64,000 bases of DNA, from assembly GCA_051294905.1 (NCBI GenBank), contig CM119372.1, forward strand, positions 26,352,001-26,416,000, in the 5' to 3' direction. How positions within the stretch are numbered: position 1 is the first letter of the stretch; the number at the start of each line of letters is the position of its first letter. The notes beneath the pieces were generated by a model. The model searched no databases. It was not told the DNA's origin and saw only the letters and a list, made by a program, of their open reading frames with translations. The stretch is from Botryllus schlosseri. Its lineage: Eukaryota. Below, one piece after another: positions 39,062 to 52,970 of this stretch. Position numbers and translations under genes: made by a program.

Positions 39062-41299
39062 GCCTAGAACTACAATTCCGGTATCAGAGTGTCTAACTCT
39101 GAAAGTTAGACCGATTGCACGCAATAACTTTTCCCTGACTGTTGTACTTAGAGAGATATTGGCAAATTTTGACATTTTGGGGGGTATGAAATTGACCTCG
39201 ATTTCTCCATGTTCCCGAAGGCCTAGAACTACAATTCCGATATCAGAGTGTCTAACTCTGAAAGTTAGACCGATTGCACGCAATAACTTCTCCCTGACTG
39301 TTGTACTTAGAGAGATATTGGCAAATTTTGACATTTTGGGGGGTATGAAATTGACCTCGATTTCTCCATGTTCCCGAAGGCCTAGAACTACAATTCCGGT
39401 ATCAGAGTGTCTAACTCTGAAAGTTAGACCGATTGCACGCAATAACTTTTCCCTGACTGTTGTACTTAGAGAGATATTGGCAAATTTTGACATTTTGGGG
39501 GGTATGAAATTGACCTCGATTTCTCCATGTTCCCGAATGCCTAGAACTACAATTCCGGTATCAGAGTGTCTAACTCTGAAAGTTAGACCGATTGCACGCA
39601 ATAACTTTTCCCTGACTGTTGTACTTAGAGAGATATTGGCAAATTTTGACATTTTGGGGGGTATGAAATTGACCTCGATTTCTCCATGTTCCCGAAGGCC
39701 TAGAACTACAATTCCGGTATCAGAGTGTCTAACTCTGAAAGTTAGACCGATTGCACGCAATAACTTTTCCCTGACTGTTGTACTTAGAGAGATATTGGCA
39801 AATTTTGACATTTTGGGGGGTATGAAATTGACCTCGATTTCTCCATGTTCCCGAAGGCCTAGAACTACAATTCCGGTATCAGAGTGTCTAACTCTGAAAG
39901 TTAGACCGATTGCACGCAATAACTTTTCCCTGACAGTTGTACTTAGAGAGATATTGGCAAATTTTGACATTTTGGGGGGGTATGAAATTGACCTCGATTT
40001 CTCCATGTTCCCGAAGGCCTAGAACTACAATTCCGGTATCAGAGTGTCTAACTCTGAAAGTTAGACCGATTGCACGCAATAACTTTTCTCTGACTGTTGT
40101 ACTTAGAGAGATATTGGCAAATTTTGACATTTTGGGGGGTATGAAATTGACCTCGATTTCTCCATGTTCCCGAAGGCCTAGCACTACAATTCCGGTATCA
40201 GAGTGTCTAACTCTGAAAGTTAGACCGATTGCACGCAATAACTTCTCCCTGACTGTTGTACTTAGAGAGATATTGGCAAATTTTGACATTTTGGGGGGTA
40301 TGAAATTGACCTCGATTTCTCCATGTTCCCGAAGGCCTAGAACTACAATTCCGGTATCAGAGTGTCTAACTCTGAAAGTTAGACCGATTGCACGCAATAA
40401 CTTTTCCCTGACTGTTGTACTTAGAGAGATATTGGCAAATTTTGACATTTTGGGGGGTATGAAATTGACCTCGATTTCTCCATGTTCCCGAAGGCCTAGA
40501 ACTACAATTCCGGTATCAGAGTGTCTAACTCTGAAAGTTAGACCGATTGCACGCAATAACTTTTCCCTGACTGTTGTACTTAGAGAGATATTGGCAAATT
40601 TTGACATTTTGGGGGGTATGAAATTGACCTCGATTTCTCCATGTTCCCGAAGGCCTAGAACTACAATTCCGGTATCAGAGTGTCTAACTCTGAAAGTTAG
40701 ACCGATTGCACGCAATAACTTTTCCCTGACTGTTGTACTTAGAGAGATATTGGCAAATTTTGACATTTTGGGGGTATGAAATTGACCTCGATTTCTCCAT
40801 GTTCCCGAAGGCCTAGAACTACAATTCCGGTATCAGAGTGTCTAACTCTGAAAGTTAGACCGATTGCACGCAATAACTTTTCCCTGACAGTTGTACTTAG
40901 AGAGATATTGGCAAATTTTGACATTTTGGGGGGTATGAAATTGACCTCGATTTCTCCATGTTCCCGAAGGCCTAGAACTACAATTCCGGTATCAGAGTGT
41001 CTAACTCTGAAAGTTAGACCGATTGCACGCAATAACTTTTCCCTGACTGTTGTACTTAGAGAGATATTGGCAAATTTTGACATTTTGGTTGTATGAAATT
41101 GACCTCGATTTCTCCATGTTCCCGAAGGCCTAGAACTACAATTCCGGTATCAGAGTGTCTAACTCTGAAAGTTAGACCGATTGCACGCAATAACTTTTCC
41201 CTGACTGTTGTACTTAGAGAGATATTGGCAAATTTTGACATTTTGGGGGGTATGAAATTGACCTCGATTTCTCCATGTTCCCGAAGGCCTAGAACTACA

Positions 41300-44160
41300 A
41301 TTCCGGTATCAGAGTGTCTAACTCTGAAAGTTAGACCGATTGCACGCAATAACTTTTCCCTGACAGTTGTACTTAGAGAGATATTGGCAAATTTTAACAT
41401 TTTGGGGGGTATGAAATTGACCTCGATTTCTCCATGTTCCCGAAGGCCTAGAACTACAATTCCGGTATCAGAGTGTCTAACTCTGAAAGTTAGACCGATT
41501 GCACGCAATAACTTTTCCCTGACAGTTGTACTTAGAGAGATATTGGCAAATTTTGACATTTTGGGGGTTATGAAATTGACCTCGATTTCTCCATGTTCCC
41601 GAAGGCCTAGAACTACAATTCCGGTATCAGAGTGTCTAACTCTGAAAGTTAGACCGATTGCACGCAATAACTTTTCCCTGACTGTTGTACTTAGAGAGAT
41701 ATTGGCAAATTTTGACATTTTGGGGGGTATGAAATTGACCTCGATTTCTCCATGTTCCCGAAGGCCTAGAACTACAATTCCGGTATCAGAGTGTCTAACT
41801 CTGAAAGTTAGAACGATTGCACGCAATAACTTTTCCCTGACTGTTGTACTTAGAGAGATATTGGCAAATTTTGACATTTTGGGGGGTATGAAATTGACCT
41901 CGATTTCTCCATGTTCCCGAAGGCCTAGAACTACAATTCCGGTATCAGAGTGTCTAACTCTGAAAGTTAGACCGATTGCACGCAATAACTTTTCCCTTAC
42001 AGTTGTACTTAGAGAGATATTGGCAAATTTTGACATTTTGGGGGGTATGAAATTGACCTCGATTTCTCCATGTTCCCGAAGGCCTAGAACTACAATTCCG
42101 GTATCAGAGTGTCTAACTCTGAAAGTTAGACCGATTGCACGCAATAACTTTTCCCTGACTGTTGTACTTAGAGAGATATTGGCAAATTTTGACATTTTTG
42201 GGGGTATGAAATTGACCTCGATTTCTCCATGTTCCCGAAGGCCTAGAACTACAATTCCGGTATCCGAGTGTCTAACTCTGAAAGTTAGACCGATTGCACG
42301 CAATAACTTTTCCCTGACTGTTGTACTTGGAGAGATATTGGCAAATTTTGACATTTTGGGGGGTATGAAATTGACCTCGATTTCTCCATGTTCCCGAAGG
42401 CCTAGAACTACAATTCCGGTATCAGAGTGTCTAACTCTGAAAGTTAGACCGATTGCACGCAATAACTTTTCCCTGACTGTTGTACTTAGATAGATATTGG
42501 CAAATTTTGACATTTTGGGGGGTATGAAATTGACCTCGATTTCTCCATGTTCCCGAAGGCCTAGAACTACAATTCCGGTATCAGAGTGTCTAACTCTGAA
42601 AGTTAGACCGATTGCACGCGATAACTTTTCCCTGACTGTTGTACTTAGAGAGATATTGGCAAATTTTGACATTTTGGGGGGTATGAAATTGACCTCGATT
42701 TCTCCATGTTCCCGAAGGCCTAGAACTACAATTCCGGTATCAGAGTGTCTAACTCTGAAAGTTAGACCGATTGCACGCAATAACTTTTCCCTGACAGTTG
42801 TACTTAGAGAGATATTGGCAAATTTTAACATTTTGGGGGGTATGAAATTGACCTCGATTTCTCCATGTTCCCGAAGGCCTAGAACTACAATTCCGGTATC
42901 AGAGTGTCTAACTCTGAAAGTTAGACCGATTGCACGCAATAACTTTTCCCTGACAGTTGTACTTAGAGAGATATTGGCAAATTTTGACATTTTGGGGGGT
43001 ATGAAATTGACCTCGATTTCTCCATGTTCCCGAAGGCCTAGAACTACAATTCCGGTATCAGAGTGTCTAACTCTGAAAGTTAGACCGATTGCACGCAATA
43101 ACTTTTCCCTGACTGTTGTACTTAGAGAGATATTGGCAAATTTTGACATTTTGGGGGGTATGAAATTGACCTCGATTTCTCCATGTTCCCGAAGGCCTAG
43201 AACTACAATTCCGGTATCAGAGTGTCTAACTCTGAAAGTTAGAACGATTGCACGCAATAACTTTTCCCTGACTGTTGTACTTAGAGAGATATTGGCAAAT
43301 TTTGACATTTTGGGGGGTATGAAATTGACCTCGATTTCTCCATGTTCCCGAAGGCCTAGAACTACAATTCCGGTATCAGAGTGTCTAACTCTGAAAGTTA
43401 GACCGATTGCACGCAATAACTTTTCCCTTACAGTTGTACTTAGAGAGATATTGGCAAATTTTGACATTTTGGGGGGTATGAAATTGACCTCGATTTCTCC
43501 ATGTTCCCGAAGGCCTAGAACTACAATTCCGGTATCAGAGTGTCTAACTCTGAAAGTTAGACCGATTGCACGCAATAACTTTTCCCTGACTGTTGTACTT
43601 AGAGAGATATTGGCAAATTTTGACATTTTTGGGGGTATGAAATTGACCTCGATTTCTCCATGTTCCCGAAGGCCTAGAACTACAATTCCGGTATCCGAGT
43701 GTCTAACTCTGAAAGTTAGACCGATTGCACGCAATAACTTTTCCCTGACTGTTGTACTTAGAGAGATATTGGCAAATTTTGACATTTTGGGGGGTATGAA
43801 ATTGACCTCGATTTCTCCATGTTCCCGAAGGCCTAGAACTACAATTCCGGTATCAGAGTGTCTAACTCTGAAAGTTAGACCGATTGCACGCAATAACTTT
43901 TCCCTGACAGTTGTACTTAGAGAGATATTGGCAAATTTTGACATTTTGGGGGGTATGAAATTGACCTCGATTTCTCCATGTTCCCGAAGGCCTAGAACTA
44001 CAATTCCGGTATCAGAGTGTCTAACTCTGAAAGTTAGACCGATTGCACGCAATAACTTTTCCCTTACAGTTGTACTTAGAATGATATTGGCAAATTTTGA
44101 CATTTTGGGGGGTATGAAATTGACCTCGATTTCTCCATGTTCCCGAAGGCCTAGAACTAC
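41300..44160 (+). repeat. 9-monomer (1431-bp) higher-order duplication in subfamily A
   Basis: Five private variants recur exactly 1431 bp apart: ATTTTAACA 41391/42822, GAACGATT 41811/43242, TTTCCCTTACAG 41991/43422, GACATTTTTG 42191/43622 and TATCCGAG 42261/43692. Boundaries are approximate. Confidence 0.85.
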
Positions 44161-47100
44161 AATTCCGGTATCAGAGTGTCTAACTCTGAAAGTTAGAACG
44201 ATTGCACGCAATAACTTTTCTCTGACTGTTGTACTTAGAGAGATATTGGCAAATTTTGACATTTTGGGGGGTATGAAATTGACCTCGATTTCTCCATGTT
44301 CCCGAAGGCCTAGAACTACAATTCCGGTATCAGAGTGTCTAACTCTGAAAGTTAGACCGATTGCACGCAATAACTTTTCCCTGACTGTTGTACTTAGAGA
44401 GATATTGGCAAATTTTGACATTTTGGGGGGTATGAAATTGACCTCGATTTCTCCATGTTCCCGAAGGCCTAGAACTACAATTCCGGTATCAGAGTGTCTA
44501 ACTCTGAAAGTTAGAACGATTGCACGCAATAACTTTTCCCTGACTGTTGTACTTAGAGAGATATTGGCAAATTTTGACATTTTGGGGGGTATGAAATTGA
44601 CCTCGATTTTTCCATGTTCCCGAAGGCCTAGAACTACAATTCCGGTATCAGAGTGTCTAACTCTGAAAGTTAGACCGATTGCACGCAATAACTTTTCCCT
44701 TACAGTTGTACTTAGAGAGATATTGGCAAATTTTGACATTTTGGGGGGTATGAAATTGACCTCGATTTCTCCATGTTCCCGAAGGCCTAGAACTACAATT
44801 CCGGTATCAGAGTGTCTAACTCTGAAAGTTAGACCGATTGCACGCAATAACTTTTCCCTGACTGTTGTACTTAGAGAGATATTGGCAAATTTTGACATTT
44901 TTGGGGGTATGAAATTGACCTCGATTTCTCCATGTTCCCGAAGGCCTAGAACTACAATTCCGGTATCAGAGTGTCTAACTCTGAAAGTTAGACCGATTGC
45001 ACGCAATAACTTTTCCCTGACTGTTGTACTTAGAGAGATATTGGCAAATTTTGACATTTTGGAGGGTATGAAATTGACCTCGATTTCTCCATGTTCCCGA
45101 AGGCCTAGAACTACAATTCCGGTATCAGAGCGTCTAACTCTGAAAGTTAGACCGATTGCACGCAATAACTTTTCCCTGACAGTTGTACTTAGAGAGATAT
45201 TGGCAAATTTTGACATTTTGGGGGGTATGAAATTGACCTCGATTTCTCCATGTTCCCGAAGGCCTAGAACTACAATTCCGGTATCAGAGTGTCTAACTCT
45301 GAAAGTTAGACCGATTGCACGCAATAACTTTTCCCTTACAGTTGTACTTAGAGAGATATTGGCAAATTTTGACATTTTGGGGGGTATGAAATTGACCTCG
45401 ATTTCTCCATGTTCCCGAAGGCCTAGAACTACAATTCCGGTATCAGAGTGTCTAACTCTGAAAGTTAGACCGATTGCACGCAATAACTTTTCCCTGACTG
45501 TTGTACTTAGAGAGATATTGGCAAATTTTGACATTTTGGGGGGTATGAAATTGACCTCGATTTCTCCATGTTCCCGAAGGCCTAGAACTACAATTCCGGT
45601 ATCAGAGTGTCTAACTCTGAAAGTTAGACCGATTGCACGCAATAACTTTTCCCTGACTGTTGTACTTAGAGAGATATTGGCAAATTTTGACATTTTGGGG
45701 GGTATGAAATTGACCTCGATTTCTCCATGTTCCCGAAGGCCTAGAACTACAATTCCGGTATCAGAGTGTCTAACTCTGAAAGTTAGACCGATTGCACGCA
45801 ATAACTTTTCCCTGACTGTTGTACTTAGAGAGATATTGGCAAATTTTGACATTTTGGGGCGTATGAAATTGACCTCGATTTCTCCATGTTCCCGAAGGCC
45901 TAGAACTACAATTCCGGTATCAGAGTGTCTAACTCTGAAAGTTAGACCGATTGCACGCAATAACTTTTCCCTGACTGTTGTACTTAGAGAGATATTGGCA
46001 AATTTTGACATTTTGGGGGTATGAAATTGACCTCGATTTCTCCATGTTCCCGAAGGCCTAGAACTACAATTCCGGTATCAGAGTGTCTAACTCTGAAAGT
46101 TAGACCGATTGCACGCAATAACTTTTCCCTGACTGTTGTACTTAGAGAGATATTGGCAAATTTTGACATTTTGAGGGGTATGAAATTGACCTCGATTTCT
46201 CCATGTTCCCGGAGGCCTAGAACTACAATTCCGGTATCAGAGTGTCTAACTCTGAAAGTTAGACCGATTGCACGCAATAACTTTTCCCTGACAGTTGTAC
46301 TTAGAGAGATATTGGCAAATTTTGACATTTTGGGGGGTATGAAATTGACCTCGATTTCTCCATGTTCCCGAAGGCCTAGAACTACAATTCCGGTATCAGA
46401 GTGTCTAACTCTGAAAGTTAGACCGATTGCACGCAATAACTTTTCCCTTACAGTTGTACTTAGAGAGATATTGGCAAATTTTGACATTTTGGGGGGTATG
46501 AAATTGACCTCGATTTCTCCATGTTCCCGAAGGCCTAGATCCACAATTCCGGTATCAGAGTGTCTAACTCTGAAAGTTAGACCGATTGCACGCAATAACT
46601 TTTCCCTGACTGTTGTACTTAGAGAGATATTGGCAAATTTTGACATTTTGGGGGGTATGAAATTGACCTCGATTTCTCCATGTTCCCGAAGGCCTAGAAC
46701 TACAATTCCGGTATCAGAGTGTCTAACTCTGAAAGTTAGAACGATTGCACGCAATAACTTTTCCCTGACTGTTGTACTTAGAGAGATATTGGCAAATTTT
46801 GACATTTTGGGGGGTATGAAATTGACCTCGATTTCTCCATGTTCCCGAAGGCCTAGAACTACAATTCCGGTATCAGAGTGTCTAACTCTGAAAGTTAGAC
46901 CGATTGCACGCAATAACTTTTCCCTGACTGTTGTACTTAGAGAGATATTGGCAAATTTTGACATTTTGGGGGGTATGAAATTGACCTCGATTTCTCCATG
47001 TTCCCGAAGGCCTAGAACTACAATTCCGGTATCAGAGTGTCTAACTCTGAAAGTTAGACCGATTGCACGCAATAACTTTTCCCTGACTGTTGTACTTAGA

Positions 47101-50100
47101 GAGATATTGGCAAATTTTGACATTTTGGGGGGTATGAAATTGACCTCGATTTCTCCATGTTCCCGAAGGCCTAGAACTACAATTCCGGTATCAGAGTGTC
47201 TAACTCTGAAAGTTAGACCGATTGCACGCAATAACTTTTCCCTGACTGTTGTACTTAGAGAGATATTGGCAAATTTTGACATTTTGGGGGGTATGAAATT
47301 GACCTCGATTTCTCCATGTTCCCGAAGGCCTAGAACTACAATTCCGGTATCAGAGTGTCTAACTCTGAAAGTTAGACCGATTGCACGCAATAACTTTTCC
47401 CTGACTGTTGTACTTAGAGAGATATTGGCAAATTTTGACATTTTGGGGGGTATGAAATTGACCTCGATTTCTCCATGTTCCCGAAGGCCTAGAACTACAA
47501 TTCCGGTATCAGAGTGTCTAACTCTGAAAGTTAGACCGATTGCACGCAATAACTTTTCCCTGACTGTTGTACTTAGAGAGATATTGGCAAATTTTGACAT
47601 TTTGGGGGGTATGAAATTGACCTCGATTTCTCCATGTTCCCGAAGGCCTAGAACTACAATTCCGGTATCAGAGTGTCTAACTCTGAAAGTTAGACCGATT
47701 GCACGCAATAACTTTTCCCTGACTGTTGTACTTAGAGAGATATTGGCAAATTTTGACATTTTGGGGGGTATGAAATTGACCTCGATTTCTCCATGTTCCC
47801 GAAGGCCTAGAACTACAATTCCGGTATCAGAGTGTCTAACTCTGAAAGTTAGACCGATTGCACGCAATAACTTTTCCCTGACTGTTGTACTTAGAGAGAT
47901 ATTGGCAAATTTTGACATTTTGGGGGGTATGAAATTGACCTCGATTTCTCCATGTTCCCGAAGGCCTAGAACTACAATTCCGGTATCAGAGTGTCTAACT
48001 CTGAAAGTTAGACCGATTGCACGCAATAACTTTTCCCTGACTGTTGTACTTAGAGAGATATTGGCAAATTTTGACATTTTGGGGGGTATGAAATTGACCT
48101 CGATTTCTCCATGTTCCCGAAGGCCTAGAACTACAATTCCGGTATCAGAGTGTCTAACTCTGAAAGTTAGACCGATTGCACGCAATAACTTTTCCCTGAC
48201 TGTTGTACTTAGAGAGATATTGGCAAATTTTGACATTTTGGGGGGTATGAAATTGACCTCGATTTCTCCATGTTCCCGAAGGCCTAGAACTACAATTCCG
48301 GTATCAGAGTGTCTAACTCTGAAAGTTAGACCGATTGCACGCAATAACTTTTCCCTGACTGTTGTACTTAGAGAGATATTGGCAAATTTTGACATTTTGG
48401 GGGGTATGAAATTGACCTCGATTTCTCCATGTTCCCGAAGGCCTAGAACTACAATTCCGGTATCAGAGTGTCTAACTCTGAAAGTTAGACCGATTGCACG
48501 CAATAACTTTTCCCTGACTGTTGTACTTAGAGAGATATTGGCAAATTTTGACATTTTGGGGGGTATGAAATTGACCTCGATTTCTCCATGTTCCCGAAGG
48601 CCTAGAACTACAATTCCGGTATCAGAGTGTCTAACTCTGAAAGTTAGACCGATTGCACGCAATAACTTTTCCCTGACTGTTGTACTTAGAGAGATATTGG
48701 CAAATTTTGACATTTTGGGGGGTATGAAATTGACCTCGATTTCTCCATGTTCCCGAAGGCCTAGAACTACAATTCCGGTATCAGAGTGTCTAACTCTGAA
48801 AGTTAGACCGATTGCACGCAATAACTTTTCCCTGACTGTTGTACTTAGAGAGATATTGGCAAATTTTGACATTTTGGGGGGTATGAAATTGACCTCGATT
48901 TCTCCATGTTCCCGAAGGCCTAGAACTACAATTCCGGTATCAGAGTGTCTAACTCTGAAAGTTAGACCGATTGCACGCAATAACTTTTCCCTGACTGTTG
49001 TACTTAGAGAGATATTGGCAAATTTTGACATTTTGGGGGGTATGAAATTGACCTCGATTTCTCCATGTTCCCGAAGGCCTAGAACTACAATTCCGGTATC
49101 AGAGTGTCTAACTCTGAAAGTTAGACCGATTGCACGCAATAACTTTTCCCTGACTGTTGTACTTAGAGAGATATTGGCAAATTTTGACATTTTGGGGGGT
49201 ATGAAATTGACCTCGATTTCTCCATGTTCCCGAAGGCCTAGAACTACAATTCCGGTATCAGAGTGTCTAACTCTGAAAGTTAGACCGATTGCACGCAATA
49301 ACTTTTCCCTGACTGTTGTACTTAGAGAGATATTGGCAAATTTTGACATTTTGGGGGGTATGAAATTGACCTCGATTTCTCCATGTTCCCGAAGGCCTAG
49401 AACTACAATTCCGGTATCAGAGTGTCTAACTCTGAAAGTTAGACCGATTGCACGCAATAACTTTTCCCTGACTGTTGTACTTAGAGAGATATTGGCAAAT
49501 TTTGACATTTTGGGGGGTATGAAATTGACCTCGATTTCTCCATGTTCCCGAAGGCCTAGAACTACAATTCCGGTATCAGAGTGTCTAACTCTGAAAGTTA
49601 GACCGATTGCACGCAATAACTTTTCCCTGACTGTTGTACTTAGAGAGATATTGGCAAATTTTGACATTTTGGGGGGTATGAAATTGACCTCGATTTCTCC
49701 ATGTTCCCGAAGGCCTAGAACTACAATTCCGGTATCAGAGTGTCTAACTCTGAAAGTTAGACCGATTGCACGCAATAACTTTTCCCTGACTGTTGTACTT
49801 AGAGAGATATTGGCAAATTTTGACATTTTGGGGGGTATGAAATTGACCTCGATTTCTCCATGTTCCCGAAGGCCTAGAACTACAATTCCGGTATCAGAGT
49901 GTCTAACTCTGAAAGTTAGACCGATTGCACGCAATAACTTTTCCCTGACTGTTGTACTTAGAGAGATATTGGCAAATTTTGACATTTTGGGGGGTATGAA
50001 ATTGACCTCGATTTCTCCATGTTCCCGAAGGCCTAGAACTACAATTCCGGTATCAGAGTGTCTAACTCTGAAAGTTAGACCGATTGCACGCAATAACTTT

Positions 50101-52540
50101 TCCCTGACTGTTGTACTTAGAGAGATATTGGCAAATTTTGACATTTTGGGGGGTATGAAATTGACCTCGATTTCTCCATGTTCCCGAAGGCCTAGAACTA
50201 CAATTCCGGTATCAGAGTGTCTAACTCTGAAAGTTAGACCGATTGCACGCAATAACTTTTCCCTGACTGTTGTACTTAGAGAGATATTGGCAAATTTTGA
50301 CATTTTGGGGGGTATGAAATTGACCTCGATTTCTCCATGTTCCCGAAGGCCTAGAACTACAATTCCGGTATCAGAGTGTCTAACTCTGAAAGTTAGACCG
50401 ATTGCACGCAATAACTTTTCCCTGACTGTTGTACTTAGAGAGATATTGGCAAATTTTGACATTTTGGGGGGTATGAAATTGACCTCGATTTCTCCATGTT
50501 CCCGAAGGCCTAGAACTACAATTCCGGTATCAGAGTGTCTAACTCTGAAAGTTAGACCGATTGCACGCAATAACTTTTCCCTGACTGTTGTACTTAGAGA
50601 GATATTGGCAAATTTTGACATTTTGGGGGGTATGAAATTGACCTCGATTTCTCCATGTTCCCGAAGGCCTAGAACTACAATTCCGGTATCAGAGTGTCTA
50701 ACTCTGAAAGTTAGACCGATTGCACGCAATAACTTTTCCCTGACTGTTGTACTTAGAGAGATATTGGCAAATTTTGACATTTTGGGGGGTATGAAATTGA
50801 CCTCGATTTCTCCATGTTCCCGAAGGCCTAGAACTACAATTCCGGTATCAGAGTGTCTAACTCTGAAAGTTAGACCGATTGCACGCAATAACTTTTCCCT
50901 GACTGTTGTACTTAGAGAGATATTGGCAAATTTTGACATTTTGGGGGGTATGAAATTGACCTCGATTTCTCCATGTTCCCGAAGGCCTAGAACTACAATT
51001 CCGGTATCAGAGTGTCTAACTCTGAAAGTTAGACCGATTGCACGCAATAACTTTTCCCTGACTGTTGTACTTAGAGAGATATTGGCAAATTTTGACATTT
51101 TGGGGGGTATGAAATTGACCTCGATTTCTCCATGTTCCCGAAGGCCTAGAACTACAATTCCGGTATCAGAGTGTCTAACTCTGAAAGTTAGACCGATTGC
51201 ACGCAATAACTTTTCCCTGACTGTTGTACTTAGAGAGATATTGGCAAATTTTGACATTTTGGGGGGTATGAAATTGACATCGATTTCTCCATGTTCCCGA
51301 AGGCCTAGAACTACAATTCCGGTATCAGAGTGTCTAACTCTGAAAGTTAGACCGATTGCACGCAATAACTTTTCCCTGACTGTTGTACTTAGAGAGATAT
51401 TGGCAAATTTTGACATTTTGGGGGGTATGAAATTGACCTCGATTTCTCCATGTTCCCGAAGGCCTAGAACTACAATTCCGGTATCAGAGTGTCTAACTCT
51501 GAAAGTTAGACCGATTGCACGCAATAACTTTTCCCTGACTGTTGTACTTAGAGAGATATTGGCAATTGACATTTTGGGGGGTATGAAATTTACCAAGATT
51601 TCTCTATGTTCCCGAAGGCCTAGAACTACAATTCCGGTATCAGAGTGTCTAACTCTGAAAGTTAGACCGATTGCACGCAATAACTTTTCCTGGCTATTGT
51701 ACTTAGAGGGATATTGGCATACTTTGACATTTTGGGGGTATGAAATTTACCAAGATTTCTCTATGTTCCCGAAGGCCTAGAACTACAATTCCGGTATCAG
51801 AGTGTCTAACTCTGAAAGTTACACCGATTGCACGCAATAACTTTTCCCTGGCTATTGTACTTAGAGAGATATTGCATACTTTGACATTTTGGGGGGTATG
51901 AAATTTACAAGATTTCTCTATGTTCCAGAAGGCCTAGAACTACAATTCCGGAATCAGAGTGTCTAACTCTGAAAGTTAGACCGATTGCACGCAATAACTT
52001 TACCCTGGCTATTGTACTTAGAGAGATATTGGCATACTTTGACATTTTGGGGGGTATGAAATTTACCAAGATTTCTCTATGTTCCCGAAGGCCTAGAACT
52101 ACAATTCCGGTATCATAGTGTCTAACTCTGAAAGTTACACCGATTGCACGCAAAACCTTTTCCCTGGCTATTGTACTTAGAGAGATATTGGCATACTTTG
52201 ACATTTTGGGGGGTATGAAATTTACCAAGATTTCTCTATGTTCCCGAAGGCGTAGAACTACAATTCCGGTATCAGAGTGTCTAACTCTGAAAGTTACACC
52301 GATTGCACGCAATAACTTTTCCCTGGCTATTGTACTTAGAGAGATATTGGCATACTTTGACATTTTGGGGGGTATGAAATTTACCAAGATTTCTCTATGT
52401 TCCCGAAGGCCTAGAACTACAATTCCGGTATCAGAGTGTCTAACTCTGAAACTTACATCGATTGCACGCAATAACTTTTCCCAGGCTATTGTACTTAGAG
52501 AGATATTGGCATACTTTGACATTTTGGGGGGTATGAAATT

Positions 52541-52970
52541 GACCTCGATTTCTCCATGTTCCCGAAGGCCTAGAACTACAATTCCGGTATCAGAGTGTCT
52601 AACTCTGAAAGTTAGACCGATTGCACGCAATAACTTTTCCCTGACTGTTGTACTTAGAGAGATATTGGCAAATTTTGACATTTTGGGGGGTTTGAAATTG
52701 ACCTCGATTTCTCCATGTTCCCGAAGGCCTAGAACTACAATTCCGGTATCAGAGTGTCTAACTCTGAAAGTTAGACCGATTGCACGCAATAACTTTTCCC
52801 TGACTGTTGTACTTAGAGAGATATTGGCAAATTTTGACATTTTGGGGGGTATGAAATTGACCTCGATTTCTCCATGTTCCCGAAGGCCTAGAACTACAAT
52901 TCCGGTATCAGAGTGTCTAACTCTGAAAGTTACTCCGATTGCACGCAATAACTTTTCCCTGACTGTTGTA
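52541..52970 (+). repeat. Island of about 3 subfamily-A monomers inside B
   Basis: A-diagnostic words reappear from 52541 to about 52970. B words resume by 52989. Confidence 0.9.

Larger units (their letters stand above)
1030..51565 (+). repeat. Satellite subfamily A domain
   Basis: Diagnostic words TTGACCTCGATTTCTCCATG, CTGACTGTTG, GCAAATTTTG and GTTAGACC. Nearly invariant at 1030-25966 and about 46,800-51,560; more variable at about 31,850-46,750. Confidence 0.95.
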
